Below, in pieces: positions 9,810 through 13,853 of a DNA stretch of 13,853 nt (position 1 is the first letter of the stretch; each line of letters opens with the position of its first letter). The notes under the pieces were generated by a model. It was given only the letters and a program-made list of their open reading frames with translations, was not told the DNA's origin and did no database searches. A program made the translations under genes and the position numbers. The stretch comes from Trichoplax adhaerens (Eukaryota > Animalia > Placozoa), in contig NW_002061062.1 in NCBI RefSeq assembly GCF_000150275.1, positions 1 to 13,853 on the forward strand, given 5' to 3'.

Positions 9810-11928
9810 ATGGCTGATGATGAATCTGTCTGTTCTACGAGTGTGCTTCCTCACCATACCCGTATACAATCACTGTACGAAAAGGGCATCTCATGCAAGA
9901 CTGCCTTCCAGTTGGTGGACGGACTATCTTGTTATACACAAGCTGTCGATGCGATTGCTTCGTTGTCGAATCCTAGTGCGGATATTGATCGACTTGCATG
10001 TGATATTTATCTTGGTCTTTGTGACATTTACACTTTACAATATCAATTCAAGGAAGCTGTTGAATGGAGTGATAAGGGACAAACTGTGGCTACTAAACTG
10101 CAAGATGAAGTGAGCATGGCTCAATGTTTACAAAGAGAAAGCGAGATTAAGAGACGCCAAGGGGATTTCAACGGAGCACTGGAAGACGGTAAGAAATCGT
10201 TGGAAATGAAATTAAAATGGTTAGACGAAAAGGATGCTCGTCTTGCCGATAGTTATCATCAAATTGGGTGCGTCTACTGGGACTTGTGCAAGTACGAACA
10301 GGCTGTGGATATGCATAACAAGTCACTGCAAATTGGATTGTCAGTTCTTGGTCACAATCATCCCCATGTTGCGAAGTCATATAACAACATAGGAATTGTC
10401 TATCATGACCAAGCCAAGATCGATCAGGCTATGGATATGTATGATAAGTCGCTGCAAATTGGATTGTCAGTCCTAGGTCATAATCATCCCGATGTTGCGT
10501 GGTCATACAATAACATAGGAGTTGTCTATGATCGCTTGTGCAAGTACGATCAGGCTGTGGATATGTATGACAAGTCGCTGCAAATTCGATTGGCAGTTCT
10601 TGGTCACAATCATCCTGATGTTGCCAATTCATATAACAACATAGGAGTTATCTATCGTCACCAAGGCAAGTACGATCAGGCTGTGGATATGTTGCACAAG
10701 TCACTGCAAATTGGATTGGCAGTCCTTGGTCACAATCATCCCCATGTTGCCAACTCATATTACAACATAGGACTTGTTTATCATGACCAAGGCAAGTACG
10801 ATCAGGCTGTGGATATGTATGACAAGTCACTACAAATTGGATTGTCAGTCCTTGGTCACAATCATCCTGATGTTGTGAAGTCATATAAAAACATAGGCAA
10901 TGTCTATAAAAGCCAACGCAAGTACGATCAGGCTGTGGATATGTATGACAAATCACTGCAAATTGGATTGGCAGTCCATGGTCACAATCATCCTGATGTT
11001 GCCAGCTCATATAACAAAATAGGCAATGTCTATAAAAGCCAAGGCAAGTACGATCAGGCTGTGGATATGTATGACAAATCACTGCAAATTGGATTGGCTG
11101 TCCTTGGTCATAATCATCCTGATGTTGCCAACTCATATAACAACATAGGACTTGTCTATGATGACCAAGGCAAGTACGATCAGGCTGTGGATATTTATGA
11201 CAAATCTCTGCAAATTCGATTGTCAGTTCTTGGTCACAATCATCCTGATGTTGCCAACTCATATAACAACATAGGCAATGTCTATAAAAGCCAAGGCAAG
11301 TACGATCAGGCTGTGGATATGTATCACAAGTCACTGCAAATTGGATTGGCTGTCCTTGGTTATAATCATCCTGATGTTGCCAACTCATATAACGACATAG
11401 GAGTTGTCTATCGTCACCATGGCAAGTACGATCAGGCTGTGGATATGTATGACAAATCACTGCAAATTCGATTGTCAGTCCTTGGTCATAATCATCCTGA
11501 TGTTGCCAACTCATATAACAACATAGGCAATGTCTATAAAAGCCAAGGCAAGTACGATCAGGCTGTGGATATGTATGACAAATCACTGCAAATTCGATTG
11601 TCAGTCCTTGGTCACAATCATCCCCACGTTGCGAAGTCATATAACAACATAGGACTTGTCTATCGTCGCCAAGGCAAGTACGATCAGGCTGTGGATAACT
11701 TTAAGAAGTCACTGTATATCGCAACCTTAAGCGGAAATGATCGCCTAGTTAAATGGACCAAAAAGAATATCGATATCACTCTCCGGAAGCCGAAATCGTC
11801 GACATCAACAGCGAGAAATTGGATCAAAAGTACCGTTGAACGGTTTCAACCGAATCAAATCAACAACGTTACAGCGCCAGCAAATACTATTGACGGCAGT
11901 CATAACAATCAACACGTACAAGAGAAAG
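9810..11928 (+). CDS. TPR-ROC-COR (Roco family) protein, coding exon 1: N-terminal degenerate TPRs, 12 x 42-aa TPR units, capping helix and linker
   Basis: Open frame from ATG 9810 (706 codons) ending at donor AAG|GTAATT 11929. The ORF track's tail (11929-12053) is intron read-through. Confidence 0.93.
10242..11720 (+). repeat. Coding tandem array, 12 x 126-bp TPR units (copy B)
   Basis: Exact 126-bp period from 10242 to the last unit starting at 11628. Consensus VAxSYxxIGxVYxxQGKYDQAVDMYDKSLQIxLxVLGHNHPx. Confidence 0.98.
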
Positions 11929-12008
11929 GTAATTGGAGTTTTAATACAGTAGTAGACGAGAGAGCGATGGATAACCGTAACCCTATTCTGTATTTTGTTG
12001 TTCTACAG
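11929..12008 (+). other. 80-nt phase-1 GT-AG intron joining the TPR exon to the ROC-COR exon
   Basis: GTAATT...tattttgttgttctacAG; splicing gives in-frame ...HVQEK-A-LQEKKYYNAY... Confidence 0.88.
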
Positions 12009-13853
12009 CTTTGCAAGAAAAGAAATATTACAATGCATATAGCAAAGCATTAAAACATGGTCATTGCTTTAATCATTTAATACGAGGCATGTTCATTGGT
12101 CCTCGCAATGTGGGCAAAACTTCTGTTCGAAAAATATTTACCAAGCAACCACTAGACAATCCATCTCCGACACAAGTGGCTGAGAATTTGGATATTATGG
12201 TAGAGACCGAATATTATAATATTCGTAACTTAGAGGGTTGTGATTGGACTGAAATACTAGACGATAAAGTCAAGACAGTCATACAACAGTTAGCCCAAAC
12301 AAGTATCAATAGTCAAGATAACATCAGTCAGCAAGTAACCGACATAGATCCAATAGAAAATCAAAATGCAGACAAAGACGAAAACAATCAGTATGTTAAA
12401 ATATGGGATTTCGCAGGTCATGCCGTCTATCATCTTACTCATTATCCCTTTATCTCCGTCAATAGTATTTATATTTTAGTATTTAATATTAATCAAGACA
12501 TTAACGACAAGGTAACAACAAGGAACAACCAATTACTCAAAACGACGTATTTACAAGCTATGCAAGAATGGCTTACATCAATCATAGCTGGCCATAGAAG
12601 CCAAAGTACCATCAATGTCAACATTAAAAGTGAAGATGAACAGCATTTACCACCTTCACAGCATTCATTACCTATTATTATTTTAGTAGCTTCTCATGGC
12701 GATTGTATTATCAATGAAGAAAATGGACGTACTCGATTCAATCAATTTGTGTCTACATTGACGTCTCGCATGCCTTCTTATGCCAATCATATCTATTCTT
12801 CTGGTATTATTTTTAATTGCAATCCTCTTGATAGTACTCCGTCGACACTAGAGCAGCGTCGACAATGTTGTCTTCGTTTACATGGTATCATTAAGGCATT
12901 TGTACAATCGCTGCCATTTATTACGAATCCTATACCTATTCGATGGTATATCATGGCTAGAATATTAAATAAATCGCTCCCTACTAACAGTAACAATCAA
13001 CCCGCATCTTCTATTATCAATCAAATTAGACATTCTCAAGTGCATAATATTATGACAATGCAACAAATAGTAAACTTGTCTCAACAATACGGATTATATG
13101 AAAACCATGATGAATTAATCGCTATGCTAATGTATCTACACGATTTAGGAGAAGTCATCTACTGTGATAAAGTAGGCGACGACGGAATTATTATAACTAA
13201 TGTCGATTGGTTATTAAATATATTTCGTTCTATTATTCAATTACAAGATTTTGTACAAGGAGGTGCACAGATAAAACGTGACTATGAGATAGCAAGCCAA
13301 AGAGGAAAATTATCAAGATCATACATTGATCATGCTATTTATAAATTTAATTTAGATGACAATAGTAAGCAAACTATATTGGCACTCATGCATGCTTATG
13401 ATATTCTATGTTCAATTACAAATGAGAAGAACGACAACGGCGAAGAATGTCAATACTTTGTTCCATATTTGTTACGATATGATGTTAAGCCATTTGATTT
13501 ATCAAAATATCATCAATCAGATTGGCTCTACATCGGATACGAGCATACAGATATTCCATATCTTCCAGATGGAATTTATTATTGCTTGTTATCTTCATGT
13601 TTAAAGGAATGGAATAATACGGACGTAGAATTATACTATCAATGTGCCAAATATTATTTAGCAAATGACAATCATTATCTTGTAGTCAAGAAAGAGGAAT
13701 CTCATATTGGTTTACAATATTGCTATCAGAAAATAAATGAGCCCGAGAGGAGTCAATCGATTATCGATAAAGTTACAAATTCTATATTTGTCAAACGGCC
13801 AGACGAAATTGTCAAGAATAAACTCATCTCTACTGTCAATGATAGGATGGTAA
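12009..13853 (+). CDS. TPR-ROC-COR protein, coding exon 2: ROC GTPase plus COR domain (open to window end)
   Basis: 614 stop-free codons from 12011. ROC motifs: G1 GPRNVGKT (12098-12121), G2 SPTQV, G3 WDFAGH (12404-12421), SIYILVFN, QEWLTSI, G4 ILVASHGD (about 12680-12703). COR motifs: IPIRW (12932), LHDLGEVIY (13136), DWLLNIFRSII, YFVPYLL (13454), LPDGIY (13562). Possible donor ATG|GTAA at 13850. Confidence 0.93.

Noticed and set aside
10242-11720. CRISPR-like repeat/spacer appearance
   Set aside because: The units are contiguous in-frame coding repeats without unique spacers, in an intron-containing eukaryotic context with no cas genes.
11929-12053. C-terminal tail of the 751-aa ORF (GNWSF...IAKH)
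   Set aside because: Better explained as read-through of the 80-nt intron into the wrong frame of the ROC exon. An intron-retained TPR-only isoform cannot be excluded but has no support here.
9810-13853. Assigning gene symbols such as LRRK2, KLC, NPHP3 or PIDD1
   Set aside because: Only individual domains are shared; the architecture matches none of them and orthology is unsupported.

Overview
AT-rich eukaryotic genomic DNA with short GT-AG introns and two 50-N scaffold gaps. It resembles a basal metazoan, plausibly a placozoan such as Trichoplax; this is inferred from the sequence alone. The window holds a tandem cluster of related genes, all on the + strand. (1) 1-864: a decayed, truncated ROC (Roco-type GTPase) exon. 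(2) 1900-3461: a disrupted 42-aa-repeat TPR gene copy with a stop, an 8-bp frameshift shaped like a hAT transposon excision footprint, and no ROC-COR exon. (3) 4183-6109: spliced exons for ZU5 (with an HFS autoproteolysis-type motif), a UPA-like region and a death domain, with one in-frame stop. (4) 9810 to the window end: an apparently intact TPR-ROC-COR gene with 12 tandem 126-bp TPR units, an 80-nt intron, and a 614-codon ROC-COR exon that the ORF track misses because it has no stop in the window. The TPR units vary mainly at the ligand-groove positions of helix A and show array-specific homogenisation. Together the locus looks like a fast-evolving NLR/PIDD-analogous sensor-switch-effector receptor family undergoing birth-and-death evolution.
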